Of a DNA stretch of 64,000 nt, positions 24,037 to 36,894 are shown piece by piece (the first letter of the stretch is position 1; the number at the start of each line of letters is the position of its first letter). The stretch comes from an uncultured cyanobacterium (GTDB lineage: Bacteria > Cyanobacteriota > Cyanobacteriia > Cyanobacteriales > CAWCAG01). The position numbers were made by a program, and so were the translations under genes. The notes beneath the pieces are model-generated. The model was not told where the DNA came from and did not search any database. It saw only the letters and a program-made list of their open reading frames with translations. The stretch spans positions 96,001 to 160,000 of the forward strand of contig CAWDOD010000002.1 of the NCBI GenBank assembly GCA_963803805.1, read 5' to 3'.

Positions 24037-25248
24037 ATGGTACTTACTTTCTCCCAAACAAACTCTCTGGATTTTTCTGAGATCCGGTCAGAAATCAGAG
24101 CTTTACATTCACAATTGGTGCAATGGCGAAGACATCTTCATCAATATCCTGAACTAGGTTTTCAAGAAAAGTTAACTGCGAAATTTGTCGCTCAAAAATT
24201 GCAAGAGTGGGGCATAAATCATCAAACTGGTATAGCCAAAACTGGTATCGTTGCTACTATAAATAGCCCTCACCCTGGCCCAGTTTTAGCAATTAGAGCA
24301 GATATGGATGCGTTACCTATCCAGGAAGAGAACAATATCCTCTATCGTTCTCGCCATGATGGGGTGATGCACGCTTGTGGTCACGATGGTCATACAGCGA
24401 TCGCTTTAGGAACAGCCTATTACTTAGAAACTTACAAAGATAGCTTTCGGGGAACTATAAAAATAATTTTTCAACCGGCTGAAGAACATCCAGGAGGTGC
24501 TAAACCAATGATCGAAGCAGGAGTTCTGAAAAACCCTGATGTTGATGCTATTATTGGGCTTCATTTATGGAACCGCTTGCCTGTAGGTACATTAGGAGTT
24601 CGTTCAGGGGCATTAATGGCGGCAGTGGAATGTTTTCGTTGTAATATTTTAGGTAAGGGCGGCCATGGGGCTATGCCAGACCAAACAATTGATGCGGTGC
24701 TAGTTAGCGCCCAAGTTGTTAATGCTTTACAAACAATTGTTGCCCGTAATGTTAATCCCTTAGATTCGGCGGTAGTTACCGTAGGAGAACTAAAAGCAGG
24801 AACAGCCTTAAATGCGATCGCTGATCGAGCTTATTTAAGCGGTACGGTACGCTATTTTAATCCTACCCTAGAAGGTTATCTTTCTGGGCGTGTAGAAGAA
24901 GTTATTGCTGGAGTTTGTCAAACCTATGGAGCGAAATATGAGTTAGATTATTGGCAGTTATATCCTCCTGTGATTAATGATACCAAGATAGCTGAGTTAG
25001 TAAGTGCCGTTGCCCTACAAGTTGTCGAAACTCCCAGAGGAGTTGTACCGGAGTGTCAAACTATGGCGAGTGAAGATATGTCATTTTTCCTCAAGGAAGT
25101 ACCAGGTTGTTACTTTTTCCTTGGTTCTGCTAATGGGGAAAAGGGCTTAGATTATCCTCACCATCATCCCCGCTTCAATTTTGATGAGTCTGCGTTAACT
25201 ACGGGGGTCGAAATGTTTGTGCGTTGTGTAGAAAAGTTTAATTGCTAA
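24037..25248 (+). CDS. M20D family amidohydrolase
   Basis: RADMDALP, MHACGHDGH, FQPAEE, GGHGA, SEDM, HHHP motifs. Confidence 0.93.
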   Translation: MVLTFSQTNSLDFSEIRSEIRALHSQLVQWRRHLHQYPELGFQEKLTAKFVAQKLQEWGINHQTGIAKTGIVATINSPHPGPVLAIRADMDALPIQEENNILYRSRHDGVMHACGHDGHTAIALGTAYYLETYKDSFRGTIKIIFQPAEEHPGGAKPMIEAGVLKNPDVDAIIGLHLWNRLPVGTLGVRSGALMAAVECFRCNILGKGGHGAMPDQTIDAVLVSAQVVNALQTIVARNVNPLDSAVVTVGELKAGTALNAIADRAYLSGTVRYFNPTLEGYLSGRVEEVIAGVCQTYGAKYELDYWQLYPPVINDTKIAELVSAVALQVVETPRGVVPECQTMASEDMSFFLKEVPGCYFFLGSANGEKGLDYPHHHPRFNFDESALTTGVEMFVRCVEKFNC

Positions 25249-25327
25249 TTGCTAGTTGTTAATCGCTAGTGGCTAATTGCTAATCTTCATACTGTTTCTA
25301 TCACAACAAAAAGGCGATTCTTCAAAA

Positions 25328-25378
25328 AAATAGTTAGAGAGATGGGATATTAATGCCTGTAGCCCCACTCTCTAACTA
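25328..25378. terminator. Terminator-like hairpin between convergent amidohydrolase and thiC
   Basis: TAGTTAGAGAG...CTCTCTAACTA inverted repeat; the preceding A run reads as a U tail on the minus strand. Confidence 0.6.
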
Positions 25379-25492
25379 CCCCTTCTTACTCCTGTTTATC
25401 CAACTCATTTGTGGTAGTAGTCCTTGCAAAAGAAGCAACGAACATTTTTAAACCACAACTGAGAAGCAAGGAATTCCTAAAAGTTAGCTTAA

Positions 25493-26878
<1,386 letters not shown>

Positions 26879-26886
26879 CTATTAAC

Positions 26887-26965
26887 AGCTTCCCTACGCT
26901 GGTATTAGCCAGTCTCAGGTTCTAAGGGACTATCTCAGCCTGAACAATTCAAGGCACCCCTAGCT
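26887..26965 (-). promoter_or_regulatory. TPP riboswitch (THI element)
   Basis: Minus strand reads AGCTAGGGGTGCC...GGCTGAGATAGTCCCTTAGAACCTGAGACTGGCTAATACCAGCGTAGGGAAGCT, ending just before the thiC RBS. Confidence 0.96.
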
Positions 26966-27124
26966 TGTATAAATAATGATTGTATTACTGTTTTTTCGAT
27001 TTGCAAAGAAAATTTAGTTATTTTTTAAGCAGCATCAAGTAAAAAGCGATAAGCTAATTGCTAGTTGCTAAAATCTTAGACTTGGTGAGGATATTTTATT
27101 GATTAGGGTACTCTAAATTGATAA

Positions 27125-27900
27125 TTAGTCCCAATTATTGTCTGATTCTGCTTTCTTGAGGCTTTCTTCGAGTTGCAGCCAATTAACTTCTTTGCTTAGA
27201 GCATTTTGCTCTAACTTTCCCTGTTTTAGGTAAAGGATGCGTTGACAAAATTTTGAGATTAAATCTAGTTGATGATTAACCATAACTACTGTAGTTTTCT
27301 TTTCAGTAGTTAACTCTCTAAGAACTTTAAATAAATGTTCTGTTTGTCCTAAATCTAAAGCTGAAGTTGGTTCATCTAACAATAGGATTTTCGGTTCTAT
27401 AATTAAAGCACGAGTGAGGGCAACAAGTTGTTTTTGTCCAGTAGAAAGTTGTAGTTCGTGGCGCTCTAACCAATCTGGATTAATATTTAGTTTTTCAAGC
27501 CATTTGTCTATTTTGAGAGCGAATTTCTTGCGGGGGAATTTTTCTGAGAACTAGAGGATAAGCCAATGCTTCCTTTACCTTCATTCCTAACAGTTTAGGT
27601 TCTTGAGAAACAAAAACTATTTGTTTGCGTAACTTCTGAATAGGTATTTGCTTTATCGTTCTCCCTTCAAAAAAAATTGTCACCAGAAGTTGCTTCTCCC
27701 AGACGATTAATTAAGCGTAAAAGAGAAGTCTTTCCTGCTCCAGAAGCACCAATAATACCAACAAATTCCCCAGGATTAATAGCAAAAGAAATATCTTGTA
27801 ATAAATAGCTACTCCCCACAGATGCAGCTAAACTCAAATCCTCTACCTTAAGAATCGGCTGTATTTCTGAGTTGTTATTTCCATCTTGCTCAAGAGGCAA
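27125..27900 (-). CDS. ABC transporter ATP-binding protein split by two single-base insertions
   Basis: Walker [10 protein letters not shown]. Frame changes near 27670-27682 and 27510-27518. [17 protein letters not shown] is read in the third frame upstream of the listed ORF. Confidence 0.85.
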
Positions 27901-28987
27901 AAGCCTGAGTTAAAGTACTAGAAAGATAATCTGCTGCTGACTCTACTAAAGGAATAGCATTTTCATACAACATTCGTGTCGGACCAATAATACCAACACT
28001 GCCTAAAGGAACTTCATTTTGCCAATATAAAGCAGAAATTAAAGTACAAGTTGTTAAAGGTTGAAGAGGATTTTCCGCACCAATTCTCACCGTAACTCGC
28101 TTTTGATTACTTTCTGATTCTGGTATAGCTAAGATTAAGGGTAAAAGCTGCTCTTGTTCTTCTTCGAATAAATGTAGCAACATTTGCACTTGTTCTAGTT
28201 GGGAAAATTCTGGTTGACGCAGAACTTCAGAGAGCCCCCTAACCATAATAGGAGTGGATTTAGGAACTTGAGAACGGCGAGTTAGTTCTTTTTGCAAAAC
28301 TTGCAAAAAATCAGCATAACATTGAAATTCTCGGTCTAATTCTCCCCAATCTACGCAAGCCAATTCTGATAGTAAATGCCCTTGCAACTTACTATTAAGA
28401 AAGTTGGAAAGTATATTTAATTCTCTTTCTGTTAACTGTATATCTACTCCATCTTCTCTTTTATTTGTAGAGTTTTTTTCCATAAAAATAGATTGGGATT
28501 TATGGCAATCTGTCACTACAATTAACATAATTTGTTGCTGACCGATTTCTACTAACTTCACATAGCGCAATCTTGTCGTAGAATGTTGGGGCATGGTAAT
28601 TAGGGCAATATGGCCGCTTAGGGTAGCAATAATTTGTGCTGCCCCTCGTAAAAGAGCCTCGAAACTCCAAGAATCCCAATTGAGTTTGCTACTTAGTAAT
28701 TCTTCAACTCTATTTCCTAAAGCTTCATCTGGAGTCATGAGGCTATCTACATAAATTCGATAGCCAGAGTCTGAAGGAATCCGACCAGAAGAAGTATAGG
28801 GTTGATAGAGCAAACCAGCCTTTTCTAAACGCCCCATGGCATTACGAATTGTGGCAGGACCAACACTAAAGTCATATTCATCATACAAAGTTTTTGAACC
28901 CACTGGTTCTGCTGTAGCGATATAGTGGCGAATAGTAGCCCAAAGAATATGTTGATAGCGTTTTGTTAAATTGGTTGGAAATACCAT
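27890..28987 (-). CDS. hrcA: Heat-inducible transcription repressor
   Basis: [36 protein letters not shown] motifs. Confidence 0.96.
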   Translation of the reverse strand: MVFPTNLTKRYQHILWATIRHYIATAEPVGSKTLYDEYDFSVGPATIRNAMGRLEKAGLLYQPYTSSGRIPSDSGYRIYVDSLMTPDEALGNRVEELLSSKLNWDSWSFEALLRGAAQIIATLSGHIALITMPQHSTTRLRYVKLVEIGQQQIMLIVVTDCHKSQSIFMEKNSTNKREDGVDIQLTERELNILSNFLNSKLQGHLLSELACVDWGELDREFQCYADFLQVLQKELTRRSQVPKSTPIMVRGLSEVLRQPEFSQLEQVQMLLHLFEEEQEQLLPLILAIPESESNQKRVTVRIGAENPLQPLTTCTLISALYWQNEVPLGSVGIIGPTRMLYENAIPLVESAADYLSSTLTQAFAS

Positions 28988-29210
28988 GGGCGCAAATTAT
29001 AAAGCTTAAGATTAATTTTGACGCTAAATTGCCTTTTGTGCTTGACTCTAGCACTATACTCTTAATTTTATGAAAAGTATTAAAGTGAGTATTGACTCTA
29101 TATTTAGCAATTAATGCACCGCAAATGAACTAAAATTTAATTGATAACTAAATTCGCGTTATCTTAAGATCAAGGCGTTACTCCACAAAATCATTGAGAG
29201 CATCCGGTTT

Positions 29211-29651
29211 ATGAGTTTTCGAGCTTTAACTTTTATAGCTATTTCCCTTTGCTTTTGGCTTTTTAGTTTCTTGGTTGCTCCTAGTGCCTTTGCTTTGACT
29301 CAAGTTAAAATTTCTGATCTTTCTTACCAAGAATGTTCAGCCGAATTGTCAGAAGGATTTGTTGGTACTGGTTCAACTAGGGCAGCCAACTGTTTTGTCG
29401 TTGCAGGGAAAGTCAATAACCCTACTGGCAAAATGGTAGTGGATGCCGATGTCTTCGGTCGCATTTACGATGCTAACGGCAACCCAGCTATGCAAAATCG
29501 TAATCGTATCGGTTCTATTGAAGAAATTCCTCCTGGCGTTAGCGATTTTCAAATCAGGATTAGCGTACCTGCAAATCAACCAACGCCTCTTCAGCTTAAA
29601 CAATTTAAAGCTTCTGGCTTTGCTAGAAAGGTTCGCCCTTATTACTATTAA
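29211..29651 (+). CDS. Conserved cyanobacterial exported hypothetical protein
   Basis: Signal peptide ending AFA; clean ORF; DADVFGRIYDANG motif. Confidence 0.7.
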   Translation: MSFRALTFIAISLCFWLFSFLVAPSAFALTQVKISDLSYQECSAELSEGFVGTGSTRAANCFVVAGKVNNPTGKMVVDADVFGRIYDANGNPAMQNRNRIGSIEEIPPGVSDFQIRISVPANQPTPLQLKQFKASGFARKVRPYYY

Positions 29652-29920
29652 ATAATTTGGCTCAGCCTACCTAACTGAGCGCCAATGAAGTTGAGGACGA
29701 AAATTGCCACAATAGGAGACAAATCGATGCCTCCAAGGGGAGGAATAAAGGAGCGGAAGATGTTTAAATAAGGGTCGGTGATCGGACTTAAGAAAGCAGC
29801 AATATTATTGGCCCATTCCATAGTTTGAAACCAGGTTAGCAGGATTCTTACCAAAAGTAACAGAGAATAAATTGAGATAAAGTTAGCGAGACTAGTGGCA
29901 AAAAGTTGAGTAGCAGTCAT
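29648..29920 (-). CDS. YggT/YlmG family membrane protein
   Basis: ITDPYLNIFRSFIPPLGGIDLSP. Confidence 0.92.
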   Translation of the reverse strand: MTATQLFATSLANFISIYSLLLLVRILLTWFQTMEWANNIAAFLSPITDPYLNIFRSFIPPLGGIDLSPIVAIFVLNFIGAQLGRLSQII

Positions 29921-30018
29921 AATGTTTGATAACCTTTTTGGCTAAATTGTCTTGATATAACTATTCTACTGGATCAAAGAACTGCTCTCCTTGATTTTAG
30001 CAACAGCCTAGATAAGAG

Positions 30019-30327
30019 CTAATAATCGTTTTCTATCTCTATAGCACCGCTTTTACTGTTGACTGTACCTAGCTGCTGACGCACATCATCAATGGCTAAA
30101 TTTAGTTGGGCAATCTTATCCTCTAAGCTACGGCGAGCAAATTCAATACTCTCTTCACTTCCTGTAGCAATCCCTGATTGATTATCTTTTTTAAGTAAAG
30201 AAGTTTCTTCTGATGCCATTTCTTTTTCTGTTTTAGAGGCAACTAAGGCTCCCATTATACCTCCGAAAATACCACCAACAACGACCCCCGCTAAAAAGCC
30301 CCCGGTAAACCCATCACGTTGACTCAT
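30019..30327 (-). CDS. Conserved cyanobacterial hypothetical protein (Gly-rich TM segment plus coiled coil)
   Basis: GFTGGFLAG..GG; ARRSLEDKIAQLNLAIDDVR. Confidence 0.8.
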   Translation of the reverse strand: MSQRDGFTGGFLAGVVVGGIFGGIMGALVASKTEKEMASEETSLLKKDNQSGIATGSEESIEFARRSLEDKIAQLNLAIDDVRQQLGTVNSKSGAIEIENDY

Positions 30328-30464
30328 TCTTTTTTCTATCCCGTTTCAGTTATTAACGTGAACTTTATGCTTCATTTTCTTAAACTAATCAAAGGTGACC
30401 CTGAAGAGCAAGTATCATTCTTGAGGCTCGCCCTTCTTAAGGTTACTACTTACTCCCTTCCCGG

Positions 30465-31754
30465 TTAAATTACTGTTCCATCTGGGATGACAGCATTTTT
30501 CAACACTACTACAATACCACTACGGATATAAAAACCTTGTTCTTCACGGTTAGCTTCTTCAATACGATCTTTATTAAGAATCAGAACTTTATCACCGATA
30601 CGAGCATTTTTATCGATAATAGCGCGGCGAATTGTACTTTCACAGCCAATACCCACAGGAGGTTTACCTTTATCTAAAGAAGCTTGGCGTTGGGCTGAAG
30701 ATTCATAAAAATCTGCCCCCATAATCAAGCTATCTTCAATACTACAGTTTTCTTCTATTCTGGTTCTGACCCCTAAAACAGAATGGTGAATACGACAGGA
30801 CTTAAGGACACAACCATCTCCCACCATCGATTCTGTCACTTGGCAGTCTAAGTGTTTTGTAGGGGGTAAGTAACGTGAACGAGTATAAATCGGGGCATTA
30901 GCATCATAAAAACTGAATGCTGGGTCAGGTTGCTTGGTTAAAGCTAAATTAGCGTCATAAAAAGCTTCAATTGTACCAATATCTTCCCAATAGCCTTTAA
31001 ATAAGTAAGCTTGAACATTATGATCTGGGGCAGCTGCTGGAATAATTTCTTTCCCGAAGTCTGTTTCTTCAAGATTTGCTTTTAACAAATTGCAAAGAAC
31101 TTCCTTTTTAAAGACATAAATTCCCATAGAAGCAATGTAGGGACTTCTTCTGGCTTTGTCTGGAGACAAGCCTAACGTCGTGGTATCTACCTGCATTTGC
31201 TTTAAGGCATTACCTTTGGGCTTTTCACTAAAGTCAATAATCCTACCGTTGTCATCAATTTTCATCAAACCAAAGCTGGATGCTCTTTTTTCATCAATGG
31301 GTACAACAGAAAGAGTAATGTCAGCATTAGTTTCACGATGACGTTGGACAAAATCGCGGTAGTCCATGCGATAGAGATGATCTCCAGAAAGAATCAAGTA
31401 TTCATCTACATCCCATTCCTGTAATAGCCAGAGATATTGGCGTACAGCATCGGCGGTTCCTTGGAACCAACCAGGATTCTCAGCAGTCTGTTGAGCTGCT
31501 AATACTTCTACAAAGCCTTCTGTGAAACCTGAAAAGTTATAGGTTTGGGAAACATGACGATTTAAAGATGTTGAATTAAACTGAGTTAGAACATAGAGCT
31601 TATAAATTTCTGAGTTAATACAGTTACTGACCGGGATATCAATTAAGCGATACTTCCCTGCTAAGGAAACTGCTGGTTTAGCCCGCACTTTTGTTAGGGG
31701 ATATAGACGGGTTCCAGCACCTCCTCCCAAAATAATTCCTAATACTCTTTTCAC
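30465..31754 (-). CDS. glgC: Glucose-1-phosphate adenylyltransferase (likely GTG start at 31754)
   Basis: [41 protein letters not shown]. Confidence 0.97.
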   Translation of the reverse strand: MKRVLGIILGGGAGTRLYPLTKVRAKPAVSLAGKYRLIDIPVSNCINSEIYKLYVLTQFNSTSLNRHVSQTYNFSGFTEGFVEVLAAQQTAENPGWFQGTADAVRQYLWLLQEWDVDEYLILSGDHLYRMDYRDFVQRHRETNADITLSVVPIDEKRASSFGLMKIDDNGRIIDFSEKPKGNALKQMQVDTTTLGLSPDKARRSPYIASMGIYVFKKEVLCNLLKANLEETDFGKEIIPAAAPDHNVQAYLFKGYWEDIGTIEAFYDANLALTKQPDPAFSFYDANAPIYTRSRYLPPTKHLDCQVTESMVGDGCVLKSCRIHHSVLGVRTRIEENCSIEDSLIMGADFYESSAQRQASLDKGKPPVGIGCESTIRRAIIDKNARIGDKVLILNKDRIEEANREEQGFYIRSGIVVVLKNAVIPDGTVI

Positions 31755-32050
31755 AAAAAACCTCTCAAGCGCCATTTACCTCTTAAATTAAAGTTTATGA
31801 CGCAAAGGTCATCTAAAGTAAGGGGGAAATCAGAATTTTACTTTTCTTTCTCTACTTGGTTCTGTTCAAAATGGCGTTTTCAATCCTTGGTAGGCTGATA
31901 ATGAGGACTTTAAGGATCTGAAAATAGTCAGGGAAATTCTTTGGTAGATAACAGTAAAGCAGGCTACATTGGGAAAAAATAAGCTAATAGGTAACAGAAA
32001 CTTCAGCAATAGTATTATTACTTGTTACTTACCCCACATCAGCCTTAAAA

Positions 32051-33220
32051 ATGCGCATTTTACAAATCGTTCCTTCTGTTTCCTTAGTTTATGGTGGCCC
32101 TAGTCAAATGGTTCTTGGTTTAACCGAGGCTTTGGCGGCTGAGGGGGTTGAGGTTACTTTACTAACCACTGATTCTAACGGAGATGTGGGTCAACCTCCT
32201 TTAGATGTTCCTCTTGAGCAACCAGTAAAGCAGGATGGTTATGAAATACGTTATTTTCGCTGCTCTCCCTTTCGCCGTTATAAGTTTTCTCCAACCCTAT
32301 TGAGTTGGTTAGCCAGCCATGGGCAAGAATACGACTTAGCCCATATACACGCTCTTTTTTCACCAGTTAGTACAGCAGCAGCTACCGTAGCGCGTTTTTG
32401 CCAGTTGCCCTATCTATTACGCCCTTTGGGAACTCTTGATCCTGCTGACTTACGTAAAAAAAAGCAACTAAAGACCATTTATGGCTCTCTATTAGAAAGA
32501 CCAAATTTGGCTGGGGCAGCAGGGGTTCATTTCACTAGCGCCCAAGAAGCTAAAATCTCTGAACGTTTTGGGGCTACTACTAAGGATTTTATTGTTCCTT
32601 TAGGGGTAAAGTTGCCAGAATTTAGACCAAAAACTGGTCAAGGACGCGCTAAGTTAGGTATCGCCCCAGATCAGCCCTTGCTTTTATTTATGTCCCGTAT
32701 CGACCCCAAAAAAGGACTTGATTTACTGATACCTGCTTTGAATGATTTATTAAACCAAGGGAAAGATTTTCATTTTGTCTTAGCAGGGGCAAATCCCCAA
32801 GATCCTCAGTATGAAAAGCAGATTCAAGGACAAATTCAAGACTCTGGGTTAGCTAACCACAGTACTATTACTGGCTTTGTCGGGGGAGAATTTAAGCTGG
32901 CCTTGTTACAAGATGCGGATTTATTTATCCTGCCTTCCTATTATGAAAATTTTGGCATCGCCGTGGCAGAGGCGATGGCAGCAGGAACTCCAGTGGTAAT
33001 CTCTGATCAAGTTCATATTTGGCAAGAAGTTCGTGATGCAGAGGCTGGTTGGGTTACTAGTTGTGAGGTAACAGCTTTAACCGAAGGGATTCGATTAGCT
33101 TTGCAAAATAAGGACGAACTTAAGGCTAAAGGAGAAAAAGCTCAAGATTATGCCGCTTCTCATTATAGTTGGCAGGCGATCGCACAACGAATGATTCAGG
33201 TTTATGAAGAAGTTTTATAA
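32051..33220 (+). CDS. GT4 glycosyltransferase (HpsP-like)
   Basis: MSRIDPKKG, ENFGIAVAEAM. Confidence 0.88.
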   Translation: MRILQIVPSVSLVYGGPSQMVLGLTEALAAEGVEVTLLTTDSNGDVGQPPLDVPLEQPVKQDGYEIRYFRCSPFRRYKFSPTLLSWLASHGQEYDLAHIHALFSPVSTAAATVARFCQLPYLLRPLGTLDPADLRKKKQLKTIYGSLLERPNLAGAAGVHFTSAQEAKISERFGATTKDFIVPLGVKLPEFRPKTGQGRAKLGIAPDQPLLLFMSRIDPKKGLDLLIPALNDLLNQGKDFHFVLAGANPQDPQYEKQIQGQIQDSGLANHSTITGFVGGEFKLALLQDADLFILPSYYENFGIAVAEAMAAGTPVVISDQVHIWQEVRDAEAGWVTSCEVTALTEGIRLALQNKDELKAKGEKAQDYAASHYSWQAIAQRMIQVYEEVL

Positions 33221-33341
33221 AGTGACACTTGAAAATTGACAAACCACTAGTGTCTGGGGTAGTGGTATGCAAAAATGGTAAAGTCGTAGACAAATGCTTA
33301 AAGGTTCAATTTTAAGCTCACTAAGAGAGAAGACAAATTGT

Positions 33342-33566
33342 ATGAAAGTTGGCGATCGCGTCCGTGTCACTGCATCTGTTATTGTTTATCATCATCCCGA
33401 AAACAGGAAAAAGCCTTTTGATCTCCAAGGGATGGAGGGAGAGGTTATTGCCATAGTTACAGAATGGAAAGGCAGACCTGTAAGCGCCAATTTACCTGTA
33501 CAAGTTAAATTTAGTAAGAAGTTTCGAGCCCATCTCAAAGAAAGCGAAGTAGAAGTGATTGATTAA
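33342..33566 (+). CDS. ftrV: Ferredoxin-thioredoxin reductase variable chain
   Basis: MKVGDRVRV..VYHHP..GMEGEV..WKGRPVSANLP. Confidence 0.93.
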   Translation: MKVGDRVRVTASVIVYHHPENRKKPFDLQGMEGEVIAIVTEWKGRPVSANLPVQVKFSKKFRAHLKESEVEVID

Positions 33567-33676
33567 TAGGCTATTAATTTATCTCAGCGAGAATGCTTGC
33601 TAAAAATAAATGTATTTTGAGATACAATCTTACTTTTTGAAGAGATCTAAATGCCCTACAGTGTACCAATACCTGA

Positions 33677-34876
<1,200 letters not shown>

Positions 34877-34996
34877 TTTATTTGTCAATGATCATTGGTC
34901 AATGTAAGGCTTGCCGTTGCCGTTAGGCATCATTGACCGATGATCACTGGGCGGTATAGCCATTGTCGAAGACTAAACTAATAACTGAAAAAAGTT

Positions 34997-36130
34997 ATGC
35001 GTATTGCTCTATTTACAGAAACATTTTTACCGAAAGTTGATGGTATTGTAACCCGCTTACGCCATACTGTAGAACATTTGCAACGTAATGGCGACAAAGT
35101 ATTAGTTGTCTGTCCGGAAGGGGGTTTGACTGAGTATAAAGGGGCGCAAATTTGTGGACTTTCTGCTATGCCTCTTCCCCTTTATCCAGAGTTAAAATTA
35201 GCTTTTCCTAGACCGACAATTAGGGGAGTTTTGCAAGATTTTCAGCCAGATATTATTCATGTTGTTAACCCAGCTTTTTTAGGCATTTCGGGCATTTATT
35301 ATGCAAAATCTCTCAACCTCCCTTTAGTCGCTTCTTACCATACCCATTTGCCCCAATATCTACAACATTATGGTTTAGGGGCATTAGAGGGTTTTTTGTG
35401 GGAACTTCTCAAAGGTATTCACAACCAAGCCCAGTTAAACCTTTGTACTTCTACGGCGATGGTAAAGGAGTTGGTTAACCATGATATTGAAAACGTAGAC
35501 CTGTGGCAAAGGGGAGTAGATACAGAAATGTTTCAACCCCATCTCGCCTCTACTAAGATGCGATCGCGCCTTTCCCAAGGTCATCCGGAAGACCCTTTAT
35601 TGTTATATGTGGGTAGGGTATCAGCAGAAAAGGAAATTGACCGCATCAAACCAGTGTTAGAATCTATTCCAAATGCCCGTTTAGCTATCGTTGGGGATGG
35701 CCCTAATCGTGAAGCCTTAGAAAGCCATTTTGAGGGGACACAAACCCATTTTGTGGGCTATCTTCAGGGTCTAGAACTCGCTTCTGCTTTTGCTTCGGCT
35801 GATGCTTTTGTCTTCCCTTCCCGTACCGAAACTTTGGGTTTAGTTCTCTTAGAAGCAATGGCCGCCGGTTGCCCTGTGGTAGCAGCCCGTTCTGGTGGGA
35901 TTCCTGATATTGTTACAGATGGGGTGAATGGCTACCTTTTTGAGCCAACAGACCCTCAAGGGTCAATTGAAGCCACTAAACGTCTTCTAGCAGCTAAAGA
36001 GGAGAGGGAAACTTTGCGATCTAATGCCCGTGAAGAAGCAGAACGTTGGGGTTGGGTTGCAGCAACCAAACAATTACAAAGTTATTATCAGTCTGTGGTT
36101 TATTCCCAATCTTTATCTTCTGCAGCGTAG
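34997..36130 (+). CDS. sqdX: Sulfoquinovosyl transferase (GT4)
   Basis: MRIALFTETFLPKVDGIV, ETLGLVLLEAM; directly after sqdB. Confidence 0.93.
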   Translation: MRIALFTETFLPKVDGIVTRLRHTVEHLQRNGDKVLVVCPEGGLTEYKGAQICGLSAMPLPLYPELKLAFPRPTIRGVLQDFQPDIIHVVNPAFLGISGIYYAKSLNLPLVASYHTHLPQYLQHYGLGALEGFLWELLKGIHNQAQLNLCTSTAMVKELVNHDIENVDLWQRGVDTEMFQPHLASTKMRSRLSQGHPEDPLLLYVGRVSAEKEIDRIKPVLESIPNARLAIVGDGPNREALESHFEGTQTHFVGYLQGLELASAFASADAFVFPSRTETLGLVLLEAMAAGCPVVAARSGGIPDIVTDGVNGYLFEPTDPQGSIEATKRLLAAKEERETLRSNAREEAERWGWVAATKQLQSYYQSVVYSQSLSSAA

Positions 36131-36203
36131 TACTCTGTCAATTTCCAATTCACGGGTAAGGGGAAAGGGGAAAAGGTAAAGGATGATTGATTCCTCGTCT
36201 TCC

Positions 36204-36866
36204 CTACTCCCTACTCCCTTTAGTTGCAATTACAGCGTAAAAAGGGTCGCTAGAACCCATGCCTAGCATTTGTAAAAAAGAAGAGAGATTATTGGTATTG
36301 CCTTGGCGAATAACTATTTCTGGGGGGCTGAAGCCGGGGACGGAGTTGAAATAACTTTTTACTAACTTAACTCGACTTGCTTCTGTAGCATCTCGCCAAG
36401 CAGCGATCGCTTTTTGATAAAACATCCGATTGGAGAAGCTAATTATGGCAATTCCTCCTGGTTTGAGGATGCGGTGAATTTCTGAGAAAATAGCTTCGGG
36501 ATATTGTAGATACTGAACAGAAACTGTATTGAGGACAGCAGCAAATTCTTGGTCTGGTAGAGGTAACTTTGGTTCAGTATTGAGGTTTTGGAGAAAATAA
36601 TGATCTAAACGGGGGTTTTTGGCTAACTCCTCTTCATTCATACCATGGCCTTCGACGTGGCTAAATACCATCTCTTCAGGGAGATGAGAAACCCAACTAC
36701 TCATTAAATCGAGAATGCGGGTTTGAGGTTGGAGTCTTTCTTGGTAAAGATTGGTAAGTTGGTCAATAAAGTGATCATCTACATGGGTGACAAAACGAGG
36801 TACAGAGTAGAATTCGCTATCATCGCCGTAATCAAGTTTATTACGTTGGTCAGGTTTTAAAAGCAT
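36204..36866 (-). CDS. Class I SAM-dependent methyltransferase
   Basis: PRFVTHVD, LDLMSSWVSH, VSVQYL, LKPGG. Confidence 0.88.
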   Translation of the reverse strand: MLLKPDQRNKLDYGDDSEFYSVPRFVTHVDDHFIDQLTNLYQERLQPQTRILDLMSSWVSHLPEEMVFSHVEGHGMNEEELAKNPRLDHYFLQNLNTEPKLPLPDQEFAAVLNTVSVQYLQYPEAIFSEIHRILKPGGIAIISFSNRMFYQKAIAAWRDATEASRVKLVKSYFNSVPGFSPPEIVIRQGNTNNLSSFLQMLGMGSSDPFYAVIATKGSRE

Positions 36867-36894
36867 TTCTTAATTTTTAGTTTTTAATTTTTGA

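Noticed and set aside
28990-29110. CIRCE element upstream of hrcA
   Set aside because: Only a partial half-site (TAGCACT near 29049); no TTAGCACTC-N9-GAGTGCTAA
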